A DNA stretch of 64,000 nt from the NCBI GenBank assembly GCA_050575255.1, contig JBNZDD010013610.1, positions 1,844,366 to 1,908,365 of the forward strand. Direction: 5' to 3'. The translations under genes and the position numbers were made by a program. This document shows, piece after piece, positions 1 to 12,436 of this stretch. The stretch comes from Harriotta raleighana (taxonomy: Eukaryota). The notes beneath the pieces were generated by a model. The model saw nothing but the letters and a program-made list of their open reading frames with translations. It ran no database searches and was not told where the DNA came from. The stretch's first letter is position 1. Every line of letters begins with the position of its first letter.

Positions 1-1364
1 AAGAGGAGGGGAGAATTAATTCGAAGGATCAAGTTCATCATCATTTAGATTTTGCAGCTTAATAGCAGGCTTCCTACTATAATGATTTAAGAAAATAGAA
101 TCTGTATTAATTTCCATCCAGGTTACTGACCCCTGATCCTGGTTGTGGAGGGTTTTTCTTGATTTCTTTTTCAGAAGTTCTTTGTTGGCGTGTGTGTTGA
201 TGTGTAATTTTAATATGAAAGGGAGAGCTTTGCCACTCACTTATTTTGCTGTTAGCAGTGGCTGAGGTTTATAAATGACCTTGGGGCGGCAGCGATTGGT
301 CTTGCAGAATCATAATAAGGAGGTGTCTGTGCCATTTGTGCTTGATGAATATTTTTACCACTTCAGGCATGCTGTTGTTATAGGAGATGGAAGCTTTGCA
401 GCAGTGAAGTGCAGAATGCAATTAGCCAGTCTTGTTTTGCACTGTGACCCGGAATGTATTCAGCCATTCTAGACAGTAAATACATCAGTTGATTTAAATG
501 ACACTGGGAAAGCGAAGGTGGGTGGGGGGGGGGGTGGAGAAAGAAACCTAACGTAACCAGGAAAGGTAGCCATCCAGGCATTTACAGTTAGTGTAGGGCA
601 TTGGAGAAAGGCTTATCAATGATAATGCTTAAGAGACATGTGTGCTTTTTTTTACTGTTCACTGCACGCTTTATTGGCTAATAAGAGAAGTTAATGATGT
701 ACCACTGTACACAGCAATAGTAATTGCTATTCAGATAACAAAAATATTGTGAAGTGGAGAGGCGCAGTTCATTGCAGGATTTTTTCTTGTGTTACAAAAT
801 GAAAATGGGAATAAATATTAATGTTTTCCTCTTTTTCAAAGCAAGGTTGAGGTGACAAGGTTTTAATAGCAGAGGGCATTGTGTGAACTTGCTTCGAGAA
901 TATAGCAATTATATAATGCCTTGGCAACTGATAGCTTGTCTAAATTAAGGATTTTGCAATTGGCAACAGTGTTAAATTCACCTGCGTGAGTAATTTTAAT
1001 GATTAAACCTAAATTCTGCAAAATAATCAGACACTTGATACAATGTAAAACCCAATAGGATAAGGTAATGTTGCCAAACAGGATGGTTTCTGTTGAATCC
1101 AAATTCACTTCAACTGCAATTCTCCACTTCCCTGTTATAGTCTTCAGAGATGAGAGTGGGTGAGTGATGGCGTGGAGCAGGGAGCATGTATTGATGCAAA
1201 ACACAGGTGCTGTGTACATGAGACAGTAATGGTAATTTTTTATTAGTCATGCAGGTTCATAGATAATTGTTGGTTTTGGAGCAGGAGATCAGATTGTCAT
1301 GCGAACATGGGGTCTGATCCCAATCAGCCAGAGTGAGTGCAAGTATGTCACCAGTCCCCTGTAG

Positions 1365-1672
1365 TAATAATAATCCTTGCATTTGATATAGAGCTTTTCA
1401 CGTCTTCTAGACATCTCAAAGCGCTTCACAGAATATACTGTAAAGTGAATTGCCTGTATATATGTGGCCGAAATGTGGCAGCCAATTGCACACAGCAGTG
1501 TCCCACAAAATAGTTGTGGATTGAAATGACCAATTCATTATTTTTTTGAGGGATTATTGTCTGGCATGCGAAGTAAGGAAACTTGCCCATGGTTTCACCC
1601 TGCCTGGAATCAAATCCCAGGGCTCTCGCTTGTAAGGCAAGTGCTCTAACCACTGAGCTGCAGGACTCCACA
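1365..1672 (-). mobile_element. Full-length tRNA-derived SINE (Deu-domain-like body, L2-type tail, (ATT)n end)
   Basis: Reverse complement reads GCTCAGTGGTTAGAGCACTTGCCTTACAAGCGAG...GATTTGATTCC (A/B-box-like), then tgtgggacactgctgtgtgcaattggctgcc, then tgtgaagcgctttgagatgtc...atatcaaatgcaaggattattatta. The same sequence recurs at 15255, 20237, 27209 and 61353. Confidence 0.9.
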
Positions 1673-4183
1673 ATCAAGCTAATCAATCAGTGATCTAATC
1701 AAGCTAGTATGTTTCCATTGCCTATTGGTTTGCTTGGAGGAAGTTGATGTGTAGCACAGATTTCTGATCACTGGTATCTACTGGGTTTAAAGCCTTGTGG
1801 TCAAATGGTTTGGAAGATGTGCATTACCGTGTGCGGACACTTTTGGTGGGGTAGAGTGGTGTCACAGTATGCTTGAGCTTGAACGCTTTGTAGGGTATTG
1901 AAGAGTGTCTCCTCACTCACATAGTATGTGAGTATCACATTGTTTATTAGCATCGAATGCCTGTTTACCTGTTTGCATTGACTGCGTAGGACAGTATCTG
2001 TGTAATTGTTGAATATGACTTAACGAGGAAGCTGTGCAAAGCGAGTTTCAAAGTGCAAAAAGGATTCAAAATGATAAATGCTATTTATTGCATGCTTCTG
2101 GTCAATTATACCGAATACACATTGTTCTCTGAGCAGCAGGACAATACACACATAATACATTTCTTATATCCAGAATAGATTTACATACAAGACTGGATAC
2201 ACCCGGTCTCTAGAACAAATTAAGATTTGGTGAAAATGTGCTTATCTCAGGCATTTATTTCCATAGATACGATTTGCATATAAATGGCTTTGAGGGTGTA
2301 TCCGTACACACTTACAGTACACACAAAAAGTGCAAAATAATGAATGAATAATTATTCCAATGAAAAAAATTAAAGAGGGTCATTTGCAGCTAAGCAAAGC
2401 TCACTCCTCTCAGAATTTCATAAGGTGAAAAAACAATTCTAGCAAATTCTAGTAAACCTGTTTAGAGCACAGCAGAGCCCATTTTATAGTTTCTAGGTTC
2501 AAATAGTTTTAGGTCAGTCTGGTGTCTGACACTCTGAAGGCCAACATTGTGCTTATTATCCAAACAAGACTGGAGTGTCCCATAGGTCAACTGCGCTTGA
2601 AAATTCCCCAGTGTTTGGAATGGAATCTGTGAGAGAGAGAGAGAGAGACAGACAACCTCCTCACCTAAGTCCAGAGAATGTTAGCACAGGTTTGGCAAGA
2701 GTTAAGGCTTGGGAACCCCCAGAGTGTGTGTTAGGTACTGCTGGAGTTTAATTAGCTAAAACCACAGAACTTGCCATTGAGAGCAATGTATGGCAATCTT
2801 GTCCAGCTAGAGTCACCTTATATGTTGGGACTTTAACTTGCAGGTTTGATAGGACCAGAATAGGAACAACAACAAATTGCTTTTATATAGCACCTTTCAT
2901 GTTGGGAGAAAAAATGCCTGTCCCCAGTGACTGATCTGCCCATATCTAGGTTAAAGGTACCATTTAATTAACTTGAATTTAAGATGCAAATCTGCTAAAG
3001 TTAGTCACATGCCCAGAGTGGGTGAATATTTCAGTTAACGCAAACAGCTCCAAACCTTTGTGTTAGTTATTTTCCTTTTGTTTTCCACCCCTCGTGTTGT
3101 TTTCCACCCTCTGTGTCCCATTTCCGTATTGCCTATTTTTTTAAGCCTGTTAACTGGTATTGTGTGAGTTTTTTATCCCCCATCTGAGTTGCTCCAGTTT
3201 TCATCCTTTCTTGTTTCTCCTGCACACTCGTAAAATTTTGCGACCACGAGGACTTACAGCCAAAGATTACAACAACAACAACAAAAATAAAATTACATTT
3301 TTATAGTGTCTTTCATGTCCTATGGTGCTGGACAGACAGTATTCCCGGCCAGACTAGCTGGAATTATTTTTCCTCAGGGCCCAGAATGACAGCCATAAGT
3401 CACCACTGTCTCATGGCCCACTCTCTATGTACAAACATACTGAGGTGACCCGCGGAAACACTTCACCTTGTCCCATCATTTCATGGAATTAGATTAAAAT
3501 GCATTTGAGGCCCGGGGATTGCCAAACACAGAATTCCGATCAATATCTTTTCATTAAGTTGGATCAGGTTTGAAAGCTGAAACCTAACTGAAAGAGCTGA
3601 TTTCCCCCCACCACCACCATCCTTTTCTTTACTCCTTTCTTGATTGTTTAACACCATGTTTGTTCGTGGCTTCACTCTGATGCCAACCAGAAGATTTGAG
3701 AAACTGGTCCCAAACTATCAAGGAGTGTGGGATTGTAATAACAACGTCCTTGATAGGTGTGACTTAGTGACAGTAGTGGTGGGTGGCACTTGCGCTGTCC
3801 AAGGTTGGGCTTGATGATATACCAGGTCAGCTGTCATTTTTGTCCTTCAGTTATTCAGCCTATTCTCAGTCAGGGCAGTGCAGGCTTCATCACCCTACTC
3901 TGTACATGAGCAGCAGATAAATTAACAGATCTGTGGAGCGAGGTGGAAAAGTGGAATTTATTTTATTGACAAAAAGCGATTCTCAAAGCAAAGTGGAGTG
4001 ACTATGTGTTTACAAGTGAATGCAACAACAATTTGCATTAATACATTGAAATAGTGGAGGAGGTGTATGAAAGAGTGAAAATAAAGATCCAATTTTGGGT
4101 TTGGTTTGCTGTGAACAGCAACACACAGGGACAACACTGCAATTTGATGGCTGGTAATGTTGACATTGCCAATAGCTTAACAT

Positions 4184-4290
4184 TAATAATCCTTGTATTT
4201 GATATAGCTCTTTTCACATCTTATCGACATCTCAAAGCGCTTTACAGAATATACTGTAAAGTGAATTGACTGCATATTTGTGGGCGAAAC
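4184..4290 (-). mobile_element. 5'-truncated copy of the same SINE (3' tail)
   Basis: taataatccttgtatttgatatagc...ctcaaagcgctttacagaatatactgtaaagtgaattgac. Confidence 0.85.
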
Positions 4291-5124
4291 TGCTAACGCC
4301 GCAGGAACGGCTAGGTCAACACGTGCTCACCCTCTGCAACACCAGCATCGGGGCACAGAGGACAGATGGAAAAAAAATAAGTGTCTTATGAGAACGGTAT
4401 GATCCGTTATTGCTGCAGAGTGAATAATGTCATTAGAATTTCATCCCGTGGGTGGGTGTGTGGGTGGTTGGGTGGTGGGGTGTTCTGCTGCTTTAAAGTC
4501 AACGTTATTTGGGTCAACACAACAGCTACTGTATTTGCAACAACAGAATAATATTGTATTAATTATGGAGTTTGTTGTAGCGTTTACTACCCATCCGCAC
4601 CACCACTTTCCGCAACCCCATTTTAAAAGAAAAGGGAAATTAACAGAATTTAGGGAGAAGGAGATTCCTGGAGTGTTTTTTCCTTTTTGTGAGTAGTTTA
4701 CTGGAGCAATTGCCCAGCAATTAAAATCTGTTTACAGCAAACTGCAGCTACTGGGGACGAGCTATTAACAAAGGGATTTGACAGTTTCAGGTTATGTGAT
4801 TTTTATTCCAAATGAAAAATCAATACATTTTCTGGGTTTCTGCATATTCAGAAAGGCCTGATATTTCCATCATAATGGAAAGTGGATGTTGTATTTCCTC
4901 CTCGCTTGTCGTGGCAGGACCATTGCATTTTCCGACCCACTGGTGAATATTTCAACATGATTTGATTGCAGCTCATGACAGCATTAATGTCCTCAGCCCT
5001 AAGCACACTTCAAATAGGTGAGCTATGCCGGCCTTTGGCTTGTGTTTCAAATGCACGTTAGGTGGAAAATAGCCTGCAGAAAGAAAGATGAAATAAGCAC
5101 ATAACCTCATAACCTTTCAGCCTG

Positions 5125-5180
5125 TGATTGTGTGTGTTTGTATGTGTGTGAGTGTTTATGTATGTGTGTGTGTGTGTGTA
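5125..5180. repeat. Imperfect (TG)n microsatellite
   Basis: Seen directly in the sequence. Confidence 0.85.
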
Positions 5181-5840
5181 GTGTTTCTGTCTGCAAATGC
5201 AAACACAGGCCATTTCTGTCGCTGTTATTGTCTCGTGATTTCTCTCTCTTTCTTTCCTTTCTTCACCCCAACCTTCTGCTTTAAAAATCCAGCTGCCACT
5301 CGAATGGTGATGCTTTTCTTCTCTCTGGTTATGATGGAGCTGCCCTTCGCTGTTAATTTATAATTAATGTTTCTGAAATTTGCTGAAAAATAATTGCACT
5401 GCCCTTTTGCAATGACTGCACGTCAGCCTTTCTTGAAACCCACCATTGCGGCACTGTTTTTTGCGTTTATTTTTCTACGAGTTTACCCCTCTTTATCTTC
5501 TCTATTCTCATCTCCTGAATCCCCTTCCTCAACTCCCAACACATTACATATCAGTCAGAATTAGACAAATGTCCTATCGCCAGCTATATCTTGCTGCAGA
5601 CAATAACTGACCACAAGGAGGTGTGAGAGAGCACCCTGGGGGTGGGGGTGGCTTGTCTCTGATTTTCTTGTCCTCTCTGTCGAGAATCAGAAGGATTCTC
5701 CTTGCATCCTCTTACAACAACGAGTTGCCTATTACATTTCTCTGTTTAAGATTCCCTTACATGTGTTGTAAGACTTCTTGAATTCCTCCCCTTCCTTCCC
5801 CTCCCGTTATATTATTTGAATAAAAATAAATAATTTTTTA

Positions 5841-5940
5841 AATCCTCGCATTTGATACAGAGCCTTATCACGTCTTCAAGACATCTTTGGGCTCTTCACA
5901 GAATATACCATGAAATTAATTGACTATATATTTTATGGGC
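5841..5940 (-). mobile_element. Diverged SINE 3' tail
   Basis: aatcctcgcatttgatacagagcc...ttcacagaatatac. Confidence 0.7.
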
Positions 5941-7144
5941 ACTTATTTATATGTATATCAAATGGCACTGGATTTAAAATCTATTCCAGTCAACATTCAC
6001 TCCTCACAGATGAAAAATCTTCTCAAAAAGGAAACCCCTCAAAAAAAGATTCAAAACAATTTCATGCTCTTTTTTATTCCAGTGCTGCATTAGGTATTTT
6101 GTCTCACTGAAACACACAATTTGATCTGTAAATGACTTGGGAACTGTTCAACTCACATTTTTTTGTGCAGCAAAGCTGGTAAAACAGTGCAATCGGAATT
6201 CAACCTACATCAATCACATTCCACAAGCCAATATTTATATATATATATATTCCATCCACCGAATATTCCCTCATATGAAATGAGGGAATTCTCTGCTTAG
6301 TTTGGATACCCTTAAGCATGGTGATGGGTTTCCACATGTAGCAGACACCTAACTGACCCCCCAAAGAAGTCAGACCACTTGGTTGAAATGAAATCCCTAC
6401 CTCCAAATACACTCACCATATAGTGTTCCAGGACTTTCCCACCACGTCAAATTAATTTTGTCATAAACTAGGGCCTTTTCTTGAAAAACTGAATGGGATG
6501 TTATCTGTGATCAGTGCTGAAGGCATGATTATTGTCTCCGTGATAAAACAGCTCACTTGAGGAAGTGTAAAAAAAATGCCACAGTGAAACCTTTTGACAT
6601 TTCGTATATTTTTTTTGTTTGTATCTTTAACCCCACAACAAAGAACATTAAAGTGATCTGTTGGAAGGCAAACCCATCTCTTCTGTGAGGAACTATTTGA
6701 TTGTGCAACTTAGTGTGACAAGACTTTTTCTCTGAATGAGAAGAGTTGATATGTCACCACCAGGACTATTTATTTACTTACAGCCATGGTCACCCATAAT
6801 AATTTTGCTTAGTTTGGTTCTGAGCTACTTTGCGTTCTCTTTTGATCTTCACTTATTGTGCCTCAGGTGTTAGGCAGGTGACTTATTGATGCTGTTGGAT
6901 GCTTGGAGCAGGCTAGCTGTGGCGACTGTGGTCCTGGGTTTCCCCTCACCCCTCCCTCTTTCGAAGCAAAGAACTTGGCCTCTGTTTAACATCTCTCTTT
7001 GGCAGCTGAGCCGAGGAGCTGATGTTGAAGGAATCTACTGTAGAAATCGTGTCCCGCAACCTCACAGCTCCAGCAACACAGCAACACCACAGTGTGGTCT
7101 CTTTAACTCATTCCAATGAACTGTGGATCATGTTTACAGATAAT

Positions 7145-7260
7145 TTCGTCCACAAAACATGCAGTCAATTCACTTCACAGTACGTTCTGTGAAGTGCTTT
7201 GAGATGTCTTGAAAACGTGAAAAAGCATTGTATCAACTGCAAGCATTATCATTATTATTA
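7145..7260 (+). mobile_element. SINE 3' tail
   Basis: cagtcaattcacttcacagtacgttctgtgaagtgctttgagatgtc...tgcaagcattatcattattatta. Confidence 0.8.
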
Positions 7261-7546
7261 ACATCATACCGAAATGTGTAAGCCACATAATGGACGCTGA
7301 ATGCGCAAGGGGGCTGTTTGACAAAAAAACCAGGCTGTTGATAACCAGATTGCTAGCTGGTTTAAATGTTGCCTCTTGACCCAGCAAGTTCACCTCTGAA
7401 GTAGGCGTGAGTTTATAAAATGCCCTTATTGCGCCCGCAGTTTACCCACAGGAGCGTTTTCAATCCTTGTAGCCTCTCCACATCCGCACCACCAATAATA
7501 TATTGTTTGCTTGATAAAGCCCCCCACCCTTGTGTAATGTACCTTC

Positions 7547-7556
7547 NNNNNNNNNN
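7547..7556. other. Assembly gap (10 N) next to a poly-C tract
   Basis: Run of N in the sequence. Confidence 0.99.
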
Positions 7557-9154
7557 CCCTCGCCCCCCCCCCCCCCCCCACCCCCATGTATAATGCAGTG
7601 CTCACTGCATTCTCTTCTCCAGCCAGCCTTGCTCTGCAGACCTGAGAGCACGTACATAAAACTGATGGAAGAGGCAATCAAAAGCCTCACTGTGAAATAC
7701 CGGCAGATATTTAAAAGCGTTTTAATTGAAACAATGTTGGGTCATCCAGAGTCACTATACAGTACAGTAAGTCTGGTGCAACCATCTGACGGGGGTGTTT
7801 ACACAGGTTAGATTATCTGTGCCAGGATTCTAGCAGCTGCACTGCCTTCCTCAGATCTTGCGCTTGGTGAGGTACCTCAAGAATACTTACTTTCCTTTCT
7901 CGCTGAACAGCTGGAGACCCTAATGAGCAAAAATCTCAATCAGCAAACCCGACCCGACCTGACCTGACTTTGCATATTGTTCTTAATAAGGACATACATT
8001 AAAGCATTGAAGGAATTGTTCATTCTTTGGGAAGTGGAGGATTGTCATTGTTTGAGGGCCCCAGTCACTGCTGTTTGTGATTAACTTGATGTGTAAAGTT
8101 TTTGCTGTTTGCTGGATTCAGCCCCTTCACAGCATTGGCACAAAGTGCTCATTCACATTTAGATTAGTCTAACAGCTCTAAGGGTCAGTCTAAGGTCAGA
8201 CTTAGTAATGATGTAAGGAGAGGCATGTCTGGGATTCTTACTTTGAATTGAAACATATACTAAAATCAGTCCAGAAAGATGCAACTCGGGGAAATAAAAA
8301 TGAACATTGCTTTTAAGAGCACGCATAAATTCCGACTGCTACCTTAAGAGAGTGCGTTTGGTTTATTTCTTCTGTTTCTTTCTCTCTCTCACTCTCTCTC
8401 TCTCTATTTCTCTCTCCCGATTTCATAATTCTCCTTCGCATTGTAATGTTTTGGGAATGGGAAATAAAAAGTTTGCGAGGGTTCGCAAGTTAGATGCATC
8501 CGAAGAGAAAGAGAGACTGAGAGTGAGAGAGAGTGAGAGAGCATCATAACCTCTGCCACAAACTGTAGTCGTGCTGCACCAATCATGGAATGATGTGTGG
8601 AGGAGGAGGAGGAGGACTGGAGCTCAGGATCAACAACAAAAAAAAAGCCCTTGGACTATGCATGAAAGACTCACAGCATGGAGGCTGGCACTCGCCCTCG
8701 CTGAGCGCACTTCTGCCAGTTGTGCATGTCGTTTCTCATTTTGTTACAATATAAAAAGGCGCAAGGAGTGTCACTTCAATAATCAGCAGAGGCTTTATAT
8801 TTAACAAAAATACTGGGATATTGTTAAATGCAGCAGGGAAACGGTCCCCCTTTTACTATGAAGGCACCAAACAGGGCAAACCACACCATTGAAGATTGGA
8901 AGCTTTTTATGTTTCATATATACATTCGTATACACATATATATATACTTACCCACAATATAAACTTTATAGTGAATTGACACAACCCCATCCCCCCCACC
9001 AATCCCTCAATTGACACCTCCCCCCAATGCGCCGGTTAGGAATCAGGCTCCGCCACTGTTATGCTCTCTGAGACGCTACCAGGGATGGCGGGGGCTGTAT
9101 ATGTTCAAGTTGTTGTTGTTGTAGGGCATAGTGTACAGTTAAAAAACAATAATT

Positions 9155-9362
9155 AATTGGTCATTTTGATCCACAACTGTTTGAGGGACACTGCTGGCAT
9201 GCAATTGGCTGCTGCGTTTCACTCACAAATATACAGTGAATTCACTTATTTTAGTATAAGTATATTCATGTGAAGTATATTCTGAAGCAGTATATTCTGT
9301 GAAGTGCTTTGAGACGCCTAGAGTAAGTGAAAAATGCTATATCAAATGCAAGGATTATTATT
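9155..9362 (+). mobile_element. SINE body and tail with internal stutter; a further tail fragment follows to ~9428
   Basis: aattggtcattttgatccacaactgtttgagggacactgctgg...atatcaaatgcaaggattattatt. Confidence 0.85.
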
Positions 9363-10627
9363 CAGTGAAGCACTGTGAGACGTCTCGAAGATTCGATTCT
9401 GTGCTAAATCAAATCAAATGATTTTTATCTAAAATGTAGGTAAAATAAAGTAATTAAAATTTTAGGTTCTCTTTACAAAGGGGAGTTTGTTAGTTGAGTT
9501 TGTGGTGGAATTTAATCAGACTGAGGTGTGAGCGGTGGCTTGGTGTGGGAGGTTTAGTGTGTGACAATGTGGGATAGGTTTGCACTGTGGGGAGGGCTTC
9601 TGCCGTGGAAATGTATTACTGGCCAGAACTAAAGATGAAATGTGGATGCTAAAGCCACCATTGACCTTTCTGAGTTGCTTCATAGAGTGTTTGTGTTTCA
9701 CGTTTTTTTTCTTTCTTTAAAACAAAACTTCCTTTGATACTTGTTTCGAAAACGTTCATTTATTCTTTTTCATAAAATTGGCACTTTTTTGTGATGTTTC
9801 GGATTGCGAGTGAGAGTCAAACGTTGCAGGGGCATTGTTCTCTGTGAGATCAAAAACCGTATTTAAAAATCCACGTCGCCCAGTGGAGCGAGAGATGCCA
9901 AAATATCTTCTATTTGATGAATTCCATTGGGATGTGGATCTGTAAGACGCCACAGAAACTGGGATTCTACCTTTGCGAAACAGAGATTGTAATGTGATTC
10001 ATTGTTACAACCCAAACAGCACATGGAAAACAAAAGGTGCTGTTAAAATTTTCAATTCTAAAGCAGTTTGTTTACGTCGTGCTGCATATCCATGCATGGC
10101 TAAGCCAGACAGCATGATGAGGCGTTATTACCATATGCACAGGTTAGGGAAAGGGAGGAATCTGTGGAAACAGGTTAACTTTGTACAGTATGTCTGTTTG
10201 CTGAGGGTGACACCTATAGGTCAATATGTGGAAATGTACGCCACTGTGTGTATCCAATCAGCCAACTTTGCAAACAAAATTTTTGCGAAAGAGATTTAGA
10301 TCGCAAACTTCATTTTAGGCTCCTGAGGAACGAGCCCTCTGCAAAGCTTCCCTTTCATTGCTGGCCTCTGTGAACTGTTAAAATCCAGTGAAGGTACTCA
10401 ATTGTTCCTGGGCCAATCTTCTGTCAAAAGTGGAGCTTAGAAAGCAAATCAGAGAGGGAGCGACGGAGGGAGTATTCAAATCCAGGCACAAATTTCCATG
10501 TGTTTGGTGGCATGTATATTTGAAAGTCTTTGTCCGGTTTGGATACTCTTCAAACAAGGTGATGGATTTCGCCATTGTCTGGCTGAGCAAAAGAAGAAGA
10601 AAAGAGTTCCTGCAAAATTATTATTGT

Positions 10628-10691
10628 AATAATAATAATCCTTGCATTTGATATAGCGCTTTTCACGTCTCCTGGACGTCTCAAAATGCTT
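10628..10691 (-). mobile_element. SINE/L2 3' tail
   Basis: aataataataatccttgcatttgatatagcgcttttcacgtctcctggacgtctcaaa. Confidence 0.85.
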
Positions 10692-10890
10692 AATTGCTGG
10701 GAATCTGAAATAAAATCAGGCTCTCGGGGAAATAAACTGGGGGCAGAGCGGGGAAACGGGGTTATTGGCACTTGAATAGAAAGAGAGGTGAGTACTTTTA
10801 GATGATCAATTTCCCCCAATCAAAAAAAAACTGCTGTCCCAATAATCTGTCACATCTCAGAACAACACTTAGCGTAACGGAGGTATTTCA

Positions 10891-10967
10891 TTCTGTGAAG
10901 CACTTTGAAACGTCTCGAAGATGTGATAAGATGTTATGTCAAATGCAAGGGTTATTTTTTATTATTT
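10891..10967 (+). mobile_element. SINE 3' tail
   Basis: ttctgtgaagcactttgaaacgtctcgaagatgtga...tcaaatgcaagggttatt. Confidence 0.8.
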
Positions 10968-11048
10968 CCTTTTCCCTGCTGGTTTTAAAGCATATCTTGT
11001 TTTTGAAAAATGTTTTAACCTATACTTGTTTTGGTTTCTACAAAACAG

Positions 11049-11156
11049 AAGAAGCCAGCGAAGATGTGGAGGGGCCAAGTGAGTCTAACCAGGAAACAGA
11101 AGATTCTACCAAAGACAAGGACAATGGAGGCGAGAAGGAGCCTAACAAAGAAACAG
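11049..11156 (+). CDS. ZFHX3: ZFHX3 internal coding exon (equivalent of human exon 5), 108 nt, phase 1/1: (E)EASEDVEGPSESNQETEDSTKDKDNGGEKEPNKET
   Basis: Pyrimidine-rich tract plus CAG acceptor ending at 11048; CAG|GTAAGA donor at 11157. The peptide resembles mammalian ZFHX3 'EEAIEDVEGPSE'. The phase joins correctly to the next exon. Confidence 0.88.
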
Positions 11157-12199
11157 GTAAGACAATAGGTATGATAGTTCCTTTCTGTGTCTCAACGGCT
11201 TGAGTTTACTTCAACGGATACTCCAGTAGTGGGTAACTGGCATTGCAGCTATGCCAACCCATTGTATAAATAGATTTCTTGCCTCCTTTATGGCATTGAT
11301 CAATACAGAGCTCGCAAGCATTAATTCCAGGCAAAATCTAAATTTGGTGCATGGAGCCTCGTTCTGTTTCTTCTGGTTGGGAGTCTTGCAGCAAGCATTT
11401 GGGATTTTCTGTTTTACATACAGAGCTCCTGCTCTCTTAAGATCAATAGCTTGATCAACATGGAGTTGCTCCTCAGATATCGAAAAGGGTCTGGATTTGT
11501 GTTGCCCTCCCAATTCATACGTATCCAGCTCTGAGAGTTCATGACCGAGACCGCGCTCATTTTGCTTAGTTTCGTATCAGATTATCTTCAGTGTGGAGGT
11601 AATTGTCACCAGTGGGTCTGTCCGATCAATGTAGATCTCTGACAGACCCAGTAAAGGCACATGTACTGCAACTTTAATTAAGCCTGTGCAATGCATGTGC
11701 CTTTACTGGGTCAAACTCTCTAGTTTGACCATCTCACTCAAATGGAGAAGAAGCCAAGACTTGGGTGTGAATGAATTGAGTGCTATAACATTAAAGACAC
11801 ATTCACGTGTATTTTATTGCTGCTTTCATATTGACTGGTGTAAATTATCACCCTCGGGGCCATATAATATCACCTGAAAAGACATCAGAGCCAGTTGCAG
11901 TCTAACAATGACAGATAGGCACAGTACAGCAACGTCAGAAAGTATAGGAAAGCAACCACATTAATTAAAATCATCAGTTATTCATGAAACATTTAAATAT
12001 TCATCATATTTAAAGAGGGTGCATATAAACTATTACTCTTTTTAAATGTGATAATCATGCAGTCTTTATTCAATAACACTTGCAGCTGTTGGAATCTTTC
12101 AGTCAGAAAGCATCTCTGTATTAGGGAAGAGGGAAAAATATAACCTTAAATAATCATCATGATCACAGGCTGGAAACACTAGTATTTGGGATACAATCC

Positions 12200-12436
12200 A
12201 ATTTACAAGTATAAAGCGCCTTTCATGTCAGGAGGATGTCTCAAAGTGCTTTACACTGCTGAATTGGCAAGCAAGCTGAGGGTGGGAGCGGAGAATCGGT
12301 GAGGGGATGGGTGGATGAGGGGGAAGAGGAAAGATGACTGTAAGTGGGGTCAAAGAGGTACATTTTGAGACATGCCTTGAAAGAGAAGAGGGAGAGAGCA
12401 AGTCTGATGGAGTCCAGGATGCAATTCTAGAGCAGG
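12200..12436 (-). mobile_element. L2-clade LINE 3' fragment
   Basis: Shared tail (gcgcctttcatgtcaggaggatgtctcaaagtgctttaca) joined to a purine-rich 3' region (gggtcaaagagg...ttgaaagagaagagg...ttctagagc) like those at 31895, 34021 and 60401. Confidence 0.6.

Noticed and set aside
8380-8541. (CT)n and (GA)n tracts that could pair as a hairpin
   Set aside because: Complementarity of simple repeats is expected by chance; there is no other support.
11560-11595. Second hammerhead-like CTGAAGA...GAAA on the minus strand
   Set aside because: No pairable stem II or stem I, and no properly placed UH.
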